Source of the DNA: Faecousia sp.
GTDB lineage: Bacteria > Bacillota > Clostridia > Oscillospirales > Oscillospiraceae
Direction of reading: 5' to 3'
NCBI GenBank assembly: GCA_045611825.1
Contig: JAZKXW010000053.1
Span: 10,437 to 74,436 of the forward strand
DNA length: 64,000 nucleotides
This document shows positions 9,432-18,948 of this stretch, one piece after another. Each line of letters opens with the position of its first letter. Position 1 is the first letter of the stretch. Both the position numbers and the translations under genes were made by a program. Under the pieces are notes generated by a model. That model worked only from the letters and a program-made list of their open reading frames with translations. It was not told the DNA's origin and did no database searches.

Positions 9432-9653
9432 ATGGCGTATGATTATAGCAAGCTGAGCGGCAAGATCCGTGAGGTGTTTGGCACCAACGGAAAGTTTGCT
9501 AAGGCTATGGGGCTGTCTGAACGCACTGTTTCTTTGAAAATGACCAGCAAGGTTGGTTGGAAACAGGAGGAAATGGACAAAGCTATGAACCTGCTCGGCG
9601 TACCCTGTGAAGAAGTAGGCACTTATTTTTTTAAGCAAAAGGTTCATAGCTAA
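9432..9653 (+). CDS. Cro-like HTH (DUF739-like)
   Basis: YDYSKLSGKIREVFGT..KFAKAMGLSERTVSLK...YFF. Confidence 0.85.
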   Translation: MAYDYSKLSGKIREVFGTNGKFAKAMGLSERTVSLKMTSKVGWKQEEMDKAMNLLGVPCEEVGTYFFKQKVHS

Positions 9654-9682
9654 TGAACTACCGGCGTGAAAGGAGCAAAAGT

Positions 9683-9910
9683 ATGGGTACACTACTGACC
9701 CGCAAGGAAGCTGCAGCAAAGCTTGGCATTTCCGTGGACACGCTGGATGCAGAACGAGCCAGCGGCCATTTGGCTTACATCCAACGGAAGCCGGGCGGCA
9801 AGGTTTGGATCGCCGAGGAAGCGATCAATGATTACTTATCCAGAGCGACGCACCCTGTACGACCTCCGGTCAGAATGACCAAGGAAACATACAGGAACCG
9901 TCGAGCCTGA
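9683..9910 (+). CDS. Excisionase-like HTH_17 protein
   Basis: LLTRKEAAAKLGISVDTL...GGKVWI. Confidence 0.75.
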   Translation: MGTLLTRKEAAAKLGISVDTLDAERASGHLAYIQRKPGGKVWIAEEAINDYLSRATHPVRPPVRMTKETYRNRRA

Positions 9911-9943
9911 GAATAAGCGCACAGCGCAGAAAGGAGTTGAGAG

Positions 9944-10153
9944 GTGATGGCATATTACAGGCGCTGCCCCTGCTGTGGAGCGAATAACGATCCCGGCGAG
10001 ATCTGTGATTGCCAGGGCGAGGACGAAAAAAAGGAGGCCACCCCCGTCGCACCGGGAATGACCTCAGGCTTTATACCCATTCCATCTTATCAAGGGGCAA
10101 ATCAAAAGTCAATCTTTGAAAGGAGAGATGCCCTTTGGCGGACAATGATCTGA
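9944..10153 (+). CDS. Small Zn-ribbon phage protein
   Basis: CPCCGANNDPGEICDC. Confidence 0.55.
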   Translation: MMAYYRRCPCCGANNDPGEICDCQGEDEKKEATPVAPGMTSGFIPIPSYQGANQKSIFERRDALWRTMI

Positions 10154-10515
10154 GAGATCTCCGGGTGCAAAAGCAGCTGCCGGTTAAAGATATGGTCGAG
10201 GTTGTCCGTACCCTGTATCCGAAATTCGATAAGACCGTACAGAGCAAATGTGAGAATGGCAGTTCTTACGGCATAGCCCTCCGCCCGGATGCAATGGAAG
10301 CCCTTTACAAGCAGTTTGCCCCGGAGATTCTGGAGGGGCGCAGGCTGGCCCACAAAGAACGCCACAGATTAACCTGTCGTATATCTGCCCGGTTAGAGAA
10401 CGACGACTATGCGGCGTTGCAACAGCACCTAAAGGCAGACGGATACGCAACTATGCAGGATCTGCTTACTGATCTTGTGCGGAGGTACTTAAAAGCAAAG
10501 GAGGATGCTAAATGA
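10135..10515 (+). CDS. Phage protein with HTH and RHH-like DNA-binding regions
   Basis: LRDLRVQKQL..DMV...SKCE; C-terminal RISARL...QDLLTDLVRRYL. Confidence 0.6.
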   Translation: MADNDLRDLRVQKQLPVKDMVEVVRTLYPKFDKTVQSKCENGSSYGIALRPDAMEALYKQFAPEILEGRRLAHKERHRLTCRISARLENDDYAALQQHLKADGYATMQDLLTDLVRRYLKAKEDAK

Positions 10516-10724
10516 ACATCCCCGATCACCCTGTTATCCGGAATATGGAAACCACCGGAACCCCGGATGGCAAAGAGCCGGTATATCCGCACTGTCCGGT
10601 TTGCGGTAAGGAATGCGAAACCGTGATCGTAAAAGACGGCGCTGTCGTGTGCTGTGATGAATGCGGTGACTTCAAAGATGCGTGGGAAGTCCAAGAGTGC
10701 TTCCCGGAAAGCGAGGACGAATGA
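10512..10724 (+). CDS. Zn-finger phage protein
   Basis: CPVC...CDEC; translationally coupled. Confidence 0.6.
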   Translation: MNIPDHPVIRNMETTGTPDGKEPVYPHCPVCGKECETVIVKDGAVVCCDECGDFKDAWEVQECFPESEDE

Positions 10725-11089
10725 AAGGTATTGTAATTACCCCTGAGAATGTGATCTCTGTCCAGGACTTCGGCGATCCGCTGTATAAGACAGTCGGCGC
10801 AGCTGTTGGCGGTGGCATTGAGATCGTACACCCCAGGTTACTGGAACAGCCTTTTTGCATGATCTTAGACGACGAGGGGTTGTTGAAGGAGTACCCCTTG
10901 AATGTGGTCGGTAGTTTTCTCTATGAAACACTCAGCCACGGGTATCCGATTGTCGGCACAGTCGTGTTCATGAAAGAAGGGTTCCGAGATGGAGAACCGG
11001 ACATCATCGGCCTGTCCGATGAAGATATCCAGTACTTAACTGATAAGTTTAATCACTTTTTCAAACTGAAAGGAGAAACTACCCCATGA
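10721..11089 (+). CDS. DUF3846-like phage protein
   Basis: VGGGIEIV...DDEGLLK..PLN...IVGTVVF. Confidence 0.65.
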   Translation: MKGIVITPENVISVQDFGDPLYKTVGAAVGGGIEIVHPRLLEQPFCMILDDEGLLKEYPLNVVGSFLYETLSHGYPIVGTVVFMKEGFRDGEPDIIGLSDEDIQYLTDKFNHFFKLKGETTP

Positions 11090-12075
11090 TTATTAAACCT
11101 GAAAAGCTGACTTTCGCCGATAAGAAAGTCCGTATCCTGATTGCTGGCTTCCCTGGCATTGGTAAGACCACTCTGGCACTTTCTTCTCCTGATCCGCTGT
11201 ATGTCGATGTGGACCTTTCCGCAGAGCGCATCAATCGTGATGTACTGAACCTTGCGAAAGGCATTACACAGCCCCGGGATTACAAGGAACTGCGGCAGGA
11301 TCTTGGCCTTGGCTGCACTGAAATGGAACTGCAGGCGGTGAGAAATAGCCTTGCAGACTACAAGACCATCGTCGTTGACACTGGTGGTAAGCTGCTTGCC
11401 ATCATGGGCCAGTACGGTATGCGGATCGACCCCAAGTATGGCCGAAAAGATGGAAGTCTGTCCTTGCAGGGCTATGGTTGGCTCGGCAAAGAGTTCCAGC
11501 GCTTCCTCGATCACATCATCTATCAGCTGGACAAGCACATCGTAATCGTATTCCACACTGTTGAGGAAAAGGATGGCGACGATACCAAGCTGCGGATCAA
11601 GGCAGAAGGATCCTCCAAGAACTCCGTGTGGGAGGTTATGGACCTGGGCGGCTTCGTAGAAATGCGTGGCAACCAGCGCACTATCGGCTTCTCCAACTGT
11701 GAGCGTTACTTCGCCAAGGGCACCCGTGGTATTCACGGCGTTTACCCCATCCCCGAACTGACCCCCGGCACACCCAACGATTTCCTTACCAAGCTGTTCG
11801 AGAAGTACAATGCCGTATCTGCGCAGGAAGCGGAGAAAGCTGCAGAGGACAAAGCTGCCTATGATGCCGCTATGACTGAGGGCTATCAGCTGATTGCGAC
11901 GGTAGTCGATGCAGACACCGCAACAGCTGCGCTGCATGGAATCAAGGCAATCAAGCACGCACTGACTTCCGAGAAGGAACTTGGCGCCGCTTTCAACAAG
12001 CAGGTCAAGGAACTGGATCTGATTTGGAACAAGGAGCAGAAGCAGTACACGCCGAAACCCAAGGAGGATAAGTGA
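11086..12075 (+). CDS. AAA_24 / Sak4-like recombination ATPase
   Basis: Walker A GFPGIGKTT, Walker B TIVVDT. Confidence 0.85.
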   Translation: MIIKPEKLTFADKKVRILIAGFPGIGKTTLALSSPDPLYVDVDLSAERINRDVLNLAKGITQPRDYKELRQDLGLGCTEMELQAVRNSLADYKTIVVDTGGKLLAIMGQYGMRIDPKYGRKDGSLSLQGYGWLGKEFQRFLDHIIYQLDKHIVIVFHTVEEKDGDDTKLRIKAEGSSKNSVWEVMDLGGFVEMRGNQRTIGFSNCERYFAKGTRGIHGVYPIPELTPGTPNDFLTKLFEKYNAVSAQEAEKAAEDKAAYDAAMTEGYQLIATVVDADTATAALHGIKAIKHALTSEKELGAAFNKQVKELDLIWNKEQKQYTPKPKEDK

Positions 12076-12392
12076 TGGAGAAAGTAGGAAAGCCGAGAGA
12101 AAAATCCCCCTATGCAGGCATGGTTGTCAAGACAAAGCCGGATGTTGGCATCGACCTGACCTCAGGAAGATCTTTGGGAGACCAAGATTTTCGCATTGAG
12201 GATTGGTGGGAAAATGTTTCTGGCCAGTCGTGGATGAACTCGGATGGAAACCCGGCCGCAATGAACTATGCTTTCCGCATTGGCATGGGTGGCGGTAAGG
12301 TGCCGCTCGATAACGAGGTGCTTTATGGAAAGATCGGCTGGTTTGGCTATCTCTTCCATGTGTCGGAACTCTGCTTGCCGGAGGTGGGTTAA
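12075..12392 (+). CDS. Hypothetical phage protein
   Basis: Coupled ORF in the early operon. Confidence 0.6.
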   Translation: MEKVGKPREKSPYAGMVVKTKPDVGIDLTSGRSLGDQDFRIEDWWENVSGQSWMNSDGNPAAMNYAFRIGMGGGKVPLDNEVLYGKIGWFGYLFHVSELCLPEVG

Positions 12393-13004
12393 GTGGCTCG
12401 TTATCTCATGACACACTCCCTGCTTTCATCGTGGATGTACTGCCTTAGGGAAAATCCCTATGAGGATGCGACCACTGAATCGGATCCCATGGGCGACTTC
12501 CTAAAGGTTCTGCGCCGGGAGCCTACCGAGACTACCGAAGCTATGGCTAAGGGCATCGAGTTTGAGAACCTGGTTGACGATATTGTAAACGGCTTCCACG
12601 ACAAAACACACAACTGGTACGATGCGGCAAAGCAGGTGGCAGATCGTGTGCGCGGCGGTGTTCCGCAGATGAAGATCAACAAGGAAATTACCGTAAACGG
12701 GTTCACCTTTGTGCTCCATGGGCGGCTCGATTGGCTGAAAGCCGGAGAGATCGTCGATGTCAAGTACACCGGCAAATATGAAAGCGGCAAATTCTTCACC
12801 AGCACGCAGCACCCTATGTATTTTGAGTTGGTTCCGGAAGCGAACAGTTTTACTTACCTTGCCAGCAACGGTAGCAATGTGTGGCCGGAAACCTATCGCC
12901 GGGATGAAGCGCAGGATATCAAAATGGTTATTGCGAATTTCCTCGACTGGCTCGTAGCAACCGGACATATCGAAACCTACAAGAAGCACTGGGAGGCACG
13001 ATGA
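12393..13004 (+). CDS. PD-(D/E)XK (Cas4-like) exonuclease, likely Sak4 partner
   Basis: G.LD...DVK...QHPMY motifs; next to the Sak4-like gene. Confidence 0.65.
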   Translation: MARYLMTHSLLSSWMYCLRENPYEDATTESDPMGDFLKVLRREPTETTEAMAKGIEFENLVDDIVNGFHDKTHNWYDAAKQVADRVRGGVPQMKINKEITVNGFTFVLHGRLDWLKAGEIVDVKYTGKYESGKFFTSTQHPMYFELVPEANSFTYLASNGSNVWPETYRRDEAQDIKMVIANFLDWLVATGHIETYKKHWEAR

Positions 13005-13543
13005 AAGGTCCAATGCGAGGGCGCTTGGTCGACATGTCTATCGGCCTAAACCAGAAGTACCGGATTACTGTCGAGGTGGATCGTGACTTCCGGGAGGACT
13101 ACGAAAAGCTGAAAGACCAGGATCTTGACATTGAGATCAAGAAGCACCGGGATAAACGGTCAAAATCAGCAAATGCCTATTTCCATGTGCTGGTCAATAA
13201 GATCGCATCTGTCCGCGGCGGTAGCGACGATGCTACCAAAAAGAGTCTGGTTATTGAGTACGGTGCTTTGGCAAAGGACGAAGACGGTTTTACTGTCGGT
13301 TTCAAACTGCCGGTATCCGTCGATGTCGATACGGTCTACCCCTATGTTAAGTGCTTCGATACCCGGGAAGAAAACGGAAAACTGTTCAACTGCTATTTGG
13401 TCTATAAGCAGACCCGGTTGATGGACAGCAAGGAAATGGCCCGGCTGATCGATGGCGCTATCGAGGTTGCCCAGGAACTGGGTATTGAAACCGATACCCC
13501 GGAGCAGTTGGCACGGTACAAGGAAGATTGGAGCAGACAATGA
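13001..13543 (+). CDS. NinB-like recombination protein
   Basis: KRS.SANAYFHVLVNKIA...T..MDSKEMARLIDG...A.ELGI. Confidence 0.75.
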   Translation: MKGPMRGRLVDMSIGLNQKYRITVEVDRDFREDYEKLKDQDLDIEIKKHRDKRSKSANAYFHVLVNKIASVRGGSDDATKKSLVIEYGALAKDEDGFTVGFKLPVSVDVDTVYPYVKCFDTREENGKLFNCYLVYKQTRLMDSKEMARLIDGAIEVAQELGIETDTPEQLARYKEDWSRQ

Positions 13544-13926
13544 AACAAGGTCAAGAAGTCTATTGCCCCTACTGTGGCAATAAAGCGGAGTATGTCGATA
13601 GCGCAGAGATCTACGGCAAAAGCTATGGAATGGTTTACCTGTGCCGCCCCTGTGATGCCTATGTCGGTGTTCACGACGGAACAGATACACCCCTTGGCCG
13701 ACTGGCTAACAGAGATCTCCGCAGGTGGCGCAACAGAGCGCATGCCGCATTCGATCCCCTTTGGCAGCGAGGCCGATACCGGCGCCGGCGAAACGATGCT
13801 TATGCGTGGTTGGCCGGGAAGATGGGATTAACCAAAGAGGAAACCCACATTGCAATGTTCGATGTGGAGCAGTGTAAACAAGTAATTCAGATTATGGACA
13901 ACGAAAGGAGAAATCCAAATGTGTAA
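13540..13926 (+). CDS. Zinc-finger protein (DUF3268-like)
   Basis: CPYCG...C.PCDAYVGVH.GT..PLGRLA..HAAFDPLW. Confidence 0.8.
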   Translation: MKQGQEVYCPYCGNKAEYVDSAEIYGKSYGMVYLCRPCDAYVGVHDGTDTPLGRLANRDLRRWRNRAHAAFDPLWQRGRYRRRRNDAYAWLAGKMGLTKEETHIAMFDVEQCKQVIQIMDNERRNPNV

Positions 13927-14205
13927 GTGTAAATGCGATACCCCCGAAGAGGGCGTTCTGCTCGATGAGGACTTTATCGCCGTTCCTGTTTCTTATTACG
14001 AGGAACTGATCCGGGCGCAGACTGAGAGGGATATCCTCGAAGCAACCATCGAGGAAAAAACCGGTACAGCATTGAACAGGTGCTCCAGGGCATCAAGGAC
14101 GCCCGGGAAAAGCGGCTGCGCTGTATGTGTATTTCAGAGGAAAAAGGCCAGGACGAACCTGTTCCTGCGACCGATCCTGCAGAGGATGTGAACGAGGATG
14201 CTTAA
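13919..14205 (+). pseudogene. Hypothetical gene with an apparent 1-nt frameshift in an A6 run
   Basis: The -1 frame after gaggaaaaaacc stays open to a TAA overlapping the ssb ATG. Confidence 0.45.
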
Positions 14206-14674
14206 TCACATCACTATCATGGGTCGCTTGACCCGGGATCCCGAGCTGCGCCGCACTGGTTCCGGTATTGCGGTGGCAAGCTTCACCGTCGCTGTGGATC
14301 GTGACTTCTCTGGTAAAGACGGTGGAGAAAAGGAAACAGACTTTATCGATTGCGTTGCTTGGCGGCAGACCGGTGAATTTGTTTCTAAGTACTTCACCAA
14401 GGGCCGGATGATCGTTGTGTCCGGACGGCTCCAGATCAGACCTTGGACAGATAAGGATGGCAATAAGCGCAGATCTGCCGAGGTGGTCGCTGATAACTGC
14501 TACTTCGGTGACAGCAAAAAGGATGGCGAGGGTGGATCCAGCGCACCGGCGCAGAATAGCTACGGCAACTACGGCGGTGGCTATGGTGGATCCAACAGCG
14601 CTCAGCCTGCACCGGCCTATCCTCAGTCAAATTTCGATTTGATAGAGGGCGACGACTCTCAGTTTCCGTTTTAG
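14198..14674 (+). CDS. ssb: Single-stranded DNA-binding protein
   Basis: MLNHITIMGRLTRDPELR...; acidic C-terminal DDSQFPF. Confidence 0.95.
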   Translation: MLNHITIMGRLTRDPELRRTGSGIAVASFTVAVDRDFSGKDGGEKETDFIDCVAWRQTGEFVSKYFTKGRMIVVSGRLQIRPWTDKDGNKRRSAEVVADNCYFGDSKKDGEGGSSAPAQNSYGNYGGGYGGSNSAQPAPAYPQSNFDLIEGDDSQFPF

Positions 14675-14708
14675 GAGTGCTGGAGGTTGCGCCTAAGGAG
14701 GTGAAAAC

Positions 14709-15428
14709 ATGTCGATTAACAGGCCTGTTGAAATGTCGTTTTGGACAGATCCCAAAGTGGTTGATAACTTCACCCCGGAAGATCGGTATGGTTTTCTCTA
14801 TTGCATGACCAATATGCACACAAATCTTTGTGGTTGCTACGAGGTTAGCATTAAGACGATCTCCCGGGAGACGGGTTACACGGAGGACGCAATAATCCAC
14901 CTGCTGAAACGGCTCGACAGTGTACACAATGTTATCCGCTACGATGTCAAGACCAAGGAATTGTTGGTATGCAACTGGTACAAGTACAAGTGGCACGAAT
15001 CAGAAAAGGTTAACGATCCTCTGTTGAAAGAGATCCGCAAGGTGAAAAGCGATAGTTTCCGGGCGTATCTCGCTGAACTATACAATTCCCGGAAAACCGT
15101 AACTGTCCAGTATGTACCGGATGAAAAGAGCCAAAAGCCTAAAGAGCCACGCACCAAGCACGGCGAATATGGTTGGGTGAAGCTGACAGAAACAGAGTAT
15201 CAACGGCTGCTTGCCGATCTCGGTGCAACAGAACTCGAAAGGTGCATTCGGTATATTGACGAGTACGCGCAGATGAACAACAACAAAGGCAAGTGGTCTG
15301 ATTGGAACCTTGTTGTTCGCAAGTGCCATCGTGAGAAATGGGGCTTGAAACAGGGATCGGCTTCGGCACCGGCTTCCGGAACGGATCGAATACTCGGAAT
15401 GATTGAAAGAGGTGACTTTGATGAATAA
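14709..15428 (+). CDS. Phage replication initiator
   Basis: FWTDPKV..FTPEDRY..LY.MTN.HTNLCGCYE.S...ISRETGY winged-helix N-terminus. Confidence 0.8.
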   Translation: MSINRPVEMSFWTDPKVVDNFTPEDRYGFLYCMTNMHTNLCGCYEVSIKTISRETGYTEDAIIHLLKRLDSVHNVIRYDVKTKELLVCNWYKYKWHESEKVNDPLLKEIRKVKSDSFRAYLAELYNSRKTVTVQYVPDEKSQKPKEPRTKHGEYGWVKLTETEYQRLLADLGATELERCIRYIDEYAQMNNNKGKWSDWNLVVRKCHREKWGLKQGSASAPASGTDRILGMIERGDFDE

Positions 15429-16035
15429 GGCGGAAGCTGCGAAAGTAATAGCGGTTTTGCAGATTAACTACCCTGAGAACTTTCGCAATAAATCCGACGA
15501 AGTCATTAAGGCAACTGTCGATCTGTGGGCTCGGTCCTTTGCCGACGAACCTTATGCCTTGGTGTCAGCTGCGGTGATGGCTCACATGCTATCGGACACA
15601 AACCGCTTTATGCCGCCTGTCGGTGTCGTCAAGGCGAAGATAGCAGAAATGCTAAAGCCTGACGAAATGACAGAGCAGGAAGCATGGGGGCTGGTAGCAA
15701 AAGCCCTCCGGAACAGTACTTACGGCGCCGACGAGGAATACGCAAAACTGCCCCCCGCAGTCCAAAGGGCTGTTGGTGGCGCTTCCCAACTGAGGGATTG
15801 GGCAATGATGGATACGGAAACGGTACAATCTGTTGTTGCTTCCAATTTCCAAAGATCCTACCGGGTAACGAGCCAACGGGAACGGGATTGGGAAAAGCTG
15901 CCTTCTGGCCTACGGACTTATGTGGCAGAGATCGCCGAAAACAGCTTCGGCAGATTGGAAGCCCCATCACTCAGCATTACGGATGCCGAGAGAGCCAAGC
16001 AAGATGCAATAAAGAAACTGCGTGAAGCAGAATGA
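15421..16035 (+). CDS. Replicative helicase loader/inhibitor (G39P-like)
   Basis: E...VIAVL...YP...VDLW..F....V.AAV......F.P; EAW.LV; follows the initiator. Confidence 0.7.
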   Translation: MNKAEAAKVIAVLQINYPENFRNKSDEVIKATVDLWARSFADEPYALVSAAVMAHMLSDTNRFMPPVGVVKAKIAEMLKPDEMTEQEAWGLVAKALRNSTYGADEEYAKLPPAVQRAVGGASQLRDWAMMDTETVQSVVASNFQRSYRVTSQRERDWEKLPSGLRTYVAEIAENSFGRLEAPSLSITDAERAKQDAIKKLREAE

Positions 16036-16057
16036 CCAAATATAGGAGGTTTTCAGA

Positions 16058-16459
16058 GTGAACGGAAATGGTATGTATGCAGCGGTCAAGGACAACGCCG
16101 GCGTGCGGGCGGTGTTCATCGAGGAAGAGATCCTGGATCTGCACCGCTTAAACGCAAAAACTGCTCAGCGCAGAAACGCAGCTGCGCAGATGGTAACCGA
16201 GAACGCAAAGGCCGCTGAAAAGCAGCAGCGGGATCTGGCTAAGGCTGCACGCCGCAAGGCGATGGCAACTCGGCGCCTGATCGTGCAGGAGCTGAAGGTG
16301 CTGGCAGGTGTGATCGTGGTTGGACTTGGAATGAGAGCCGGTTTGGTGGCTGCTGCATGGGCCATCCCGGTACTCGCATTCTTCCAGGCGGTTGTTTTCT
16401 TCAAAGCGGGAAAATACTTCGGAAAGTATTTCCCCCGGTGGTTCCAGTTATGGCAGTAA
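16058..16459 (+). CDS. Hypothetical protein, coiled coil plus C-terminal TM
   Basis: GGAGG RBS; hydrophobic C-terminus. Confidence 0.55.
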   Translation: MNGNGMYAAVKDNAGVRAVFIEEEILDLHRLNAKTAQRRNAAAQMVTENAKAAEKQQRDLAKAARRKAMATRRLIVQELKVLAGVIVVGLGMRAGLVAAAWAIPVLAFFQAVVFFKAGKYFGKYFPRWFQLWQ

Positions 16460-16980
16460 GAATGGATCTCCCCCACGAAAAGGATCCACGGCGCCAGTGG
16501 TTAGGTTTACGGGCAAAACGGATGGGGCAGGAATTTGAAAGCCTGCTTGACGAAAGCTTTGCCTACTATGACGAGCGTGGTTTTGCGTGCATCGAAAAAA
16601 CACCGGAGCCGATGAAGCCGATCAAGGATCTTGGGAACGGAAAGTTTATTGCTTGCTACGAAAAGAAAGCCCAGCCTGATTACAAAGGCACCATCAAGGG
16701 TGGTAGATCTGTGATGTTTGAAGCGAAATTCACATCGACAGAAAAGATGGAGCAGAAACGAGTGAGACAAGGTCAGACCGATTACATGAACAAGCATCAG
16801 CTGCTCGGTGCCCGGTGCTATGTGGTGATCGGCTTTGCTACTGGAAATGTGTACCGCTTCCCCTGGGAAGATTGGTGCAACATGAAGGAGATTTTTGGCA
16901 GAAAGTATGTTACCGAGCAAGACAACCTACAGCGATACAAGGTGGACAGATCCTGGAACGGGAAACTGGCCCTCCTGTAA
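16450..16980 (+). CDS. recU: RecU-like Holliday junction resolvase
   Basis: G..FE......Y.....A.IEKTPEP...PDYKG....FEAK. Confidence 0.8.
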   Translation: MAVRMDLPHEKDPRRQWLGLRAKRMGQEFESLLDESFAYYDERGFACIEKTPEPMKPIKDLGNGKFIACYEKKAQPDYKGTIKGGRSVMFEAKFTSTEKMEQKRVRQGQTDYMNKHQLLGARCYVVIGFATGNVYRFPWEDWCNMKEIFGRKYVTEQDNLQRYKVDRSWNGKLALL

Positions 16981-17006
16981 ATTTTACCGAAAAGGAGTAG
17001 TTAACT

Positions 17007-17792
17007 ATGAGCGAGATTTCTATGTATGAAGCTCAAAAGAAGAAAATGGAAGGATTGTGTAACGAACACGAGTTGACCTTCCGTTTTCAGAAAGACACCT
17101 ATCCGCTGATCTTTACCATTAAGCCCACTGGCGGTATCGGTGCTCAGATGTCCATGCTGGAGAATGTTGAGGAAGTCGGCTATCGCAGCCCCGATGCTTC
17201 CATGACCTGGATCTTTGAGGACGGCAACCTTCAGACCAAAGTCACAGGCGGCACCTTCACGATCTCCAAGACCCTGCGCACAAAGATCGAAAACATCCTG
17301 ATCAAAATGATTACATACTGGCAGCAGTACTTCTTCCGGGATGTGATCCAGCGTGGCGCTCTCAAGGATGGCATGAAACCGGAGATCGACGAGAGCGATG
17401 CCGACGATACCGACATTGTTTCTGATGGGGTTGATCTTCCGGAGGGCGCAGAACCCTTGGAAGGTTATGTGGACGACGAGGGCGAGGATCCTCTGGATGA
17501 TGAAACCGACGAACTCCCGGACACCGAAGACGAGGATCCCGATAGCGACGGTGGCGAGGCCCTGGGTGGCGTTACAGACGACGAGATTGCGCAGGCTATC
17601 TCCATCATTCGGATGGAGAATAAAGCTTCCGTATCCCTGTTGCAACGCCGCATGAACATCGGATATGCCAAGGCTGCGAAGATCATCGATACCCTGGAGG
17701 AACGGGGTGTGGTTGGCCCCTATAACGGCTCTCAGCCCCGGGAGGTTCTTCCCTTTGACGAGCCTGACGAGGAGGTAGCTGACAATGCCTAA
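17007..17792 (+). CDS. Phage protein with acidic linker and C-terminal FtsK gamma domain
   Basis: KASVSLLQRRMNIGYAKAAKIIDTLEERGVVGPYNGSQPREVL. Confidence 0.85.
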   Translation: MSEISMYEAQKKKMEGLCNEHELTFRFQKDTYPLIFTIKPTGGIGAQMSMLENVEEVGYRSPDASMTWIFEDGNLQTKVTGGTFTISKTLRTKIENILIKMITYWQQYFFRDVIQRGALKDGMKPEIDESDADDTDIVSDGVDLPEGAEPLEGYVDDEGEDPLDDETDELPDTEDEDPDSDGGEALGGVTDDEIAQAISIIRMENKASVSLLQRRMNIGYAKAAKIIDTLEERGVVGPYNGSQPREVLPFDEPDEEVADNA

Positions 17793-18021
17793 GACCCGTA
17801 CCGTTCAGAAGTATACCGACAAAGCTATCGAGCGTGCCGGCACGATGTCCAAGGAAGAGTACCACCGGATCAAACACATGCCCAAGATCGAACTGGTGCA
17901 TTACCTGGATCGCCTTTGCGCAGCTGCTTACAAGAGCGGCTACGAAAAGGGCGTAGAGGATGGCAAGCAACAGGCTGTTAATGCCGCTGTTCCCGCTGCC
18001 ACTCCGGACGAAGCAAAGTAA
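17785..18021 (+). CDS. Hypothetical phage protein
   Basis: Coupled ORF; Y..GYEKG motif. Confidence 0.6.
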   Translation: MPKTRTVQKYTDKAIERAGTMSKEEYHRIKHMPKIELVHYLDRLCAAAYKSGYEKGVEDGKQQAVNAAVPAATPDEAK

Positions 18022-18033
18022 GGGAGGGCGGCC

Positions 18034-18891
18034 ATGGCACAGTTAGTACGGAATGTGAGAACTCAGGCGCAAAAGGAACTCGTCAAGATCTTCGACACCG
18101 CTTGCTACCGGCATAACCGCTGGCAAGTGTGGTCTGATTTCGTGGTGATGGCAGCAATCAGCATTTCCAATGCAGTCGATAGTAGCCACGCCAAGGCGAG
18201 AGAGGAAATGTATTTGAACATTGCCAAGAGGTACAACAGCAAAGAGTTAGAGTGCTTTGCGGAAATGTTTGCAATGATCGTTGCCGCAATCGACCGGGAT
18301 CCGAACCAAGACTTCTTGGGAGATCTATTTATGTGCCTGGGCTTAGGCAATGAAAGCGGCGGTCAGTTCTTTACTCCGTACAGTGTTTGCAGAGCCATGG
18401 CCGCTATGACCTACGGCGAAGATCTAAAAGATAAAATCAAGAAGCGGGGTTGGGTGTCCGTGAATGATCCAGCCTGCGGAGCCGGGGCGCTGCTGATCGC
18501 CTTTGCCAACGAGTGCCGGCGTCCCGGAATAGACATCAATTATCAAACCTCTGTGCTGTTCGTCGCACAGGACATAGACCTGATTGCCGGGTGTATGTGC
18601 TATATCCAGTTAAGTCTTTTAGGCTGCCCGGGGTATGTGGTGGTGGCAAATACCCTCACAAACCCTTGCACAAGCATCGACGGAAATGCCCTAATACCGG
18701 TGCCGAGTGAAAACATTTGGTACACACCGTTTTACTTCCGGGATGTTTGGCATTGGCGGCGCCAGTTTTGGCGGGTGCAGTCGCTGATCAAAGCGGCGCC
18801 TGCACCTCTGCCAGAACCGGAGGAAATTATCCCGGAGGTACCAGCAATCCCATTGACCGAAAACAAAGTCGGTCAACTATCGTTTTTTTAA
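18034..18891 (+). CDS. N6-adenine DNA methyltransferase-like protein
   Basis: GQFFTPY, NDPACGAGALL (SAM motif I), AQDID. Confidence 0.8.
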   Translation: MAQLVRNVRTQAQKELVKIFDTACYRHNRWQVWSDFVVMAAISISNAVDSSHAKAREEMYLNIAKRYNSKELECFAEMFAMIVAAIDRDPNQDFLGDLFMCLGLGNESGGQFFTPYSVCRAMAAMTYGEDLKDKIKKRGWVSVNDPACGAGALLIAFANECRRPGIDINYQTSVLFVAQDIDLIAGCMCYIQLSLLGCPGYVVVANTLTNPCTSIDGNALIPVPSENIWYTPFYFRDVWHWRRQFWRVQSLIKAAPAPLPEPEEIIPEVPAIPLTENKVGQLSFF

Positions 18892-18948
18892 GGGTTTATT
18901 CCCAAATCAGGAGAAGCTGCCCAGGGCAGCACGAAAGGAGTTAATTAA

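Noticed and set aside
12393-13004. Cas4 as evidence of a CRISPR system
   Set aside because: It sits beside a Sak4-like ATPase in the recombination module; an ordinary phage exonuclease.
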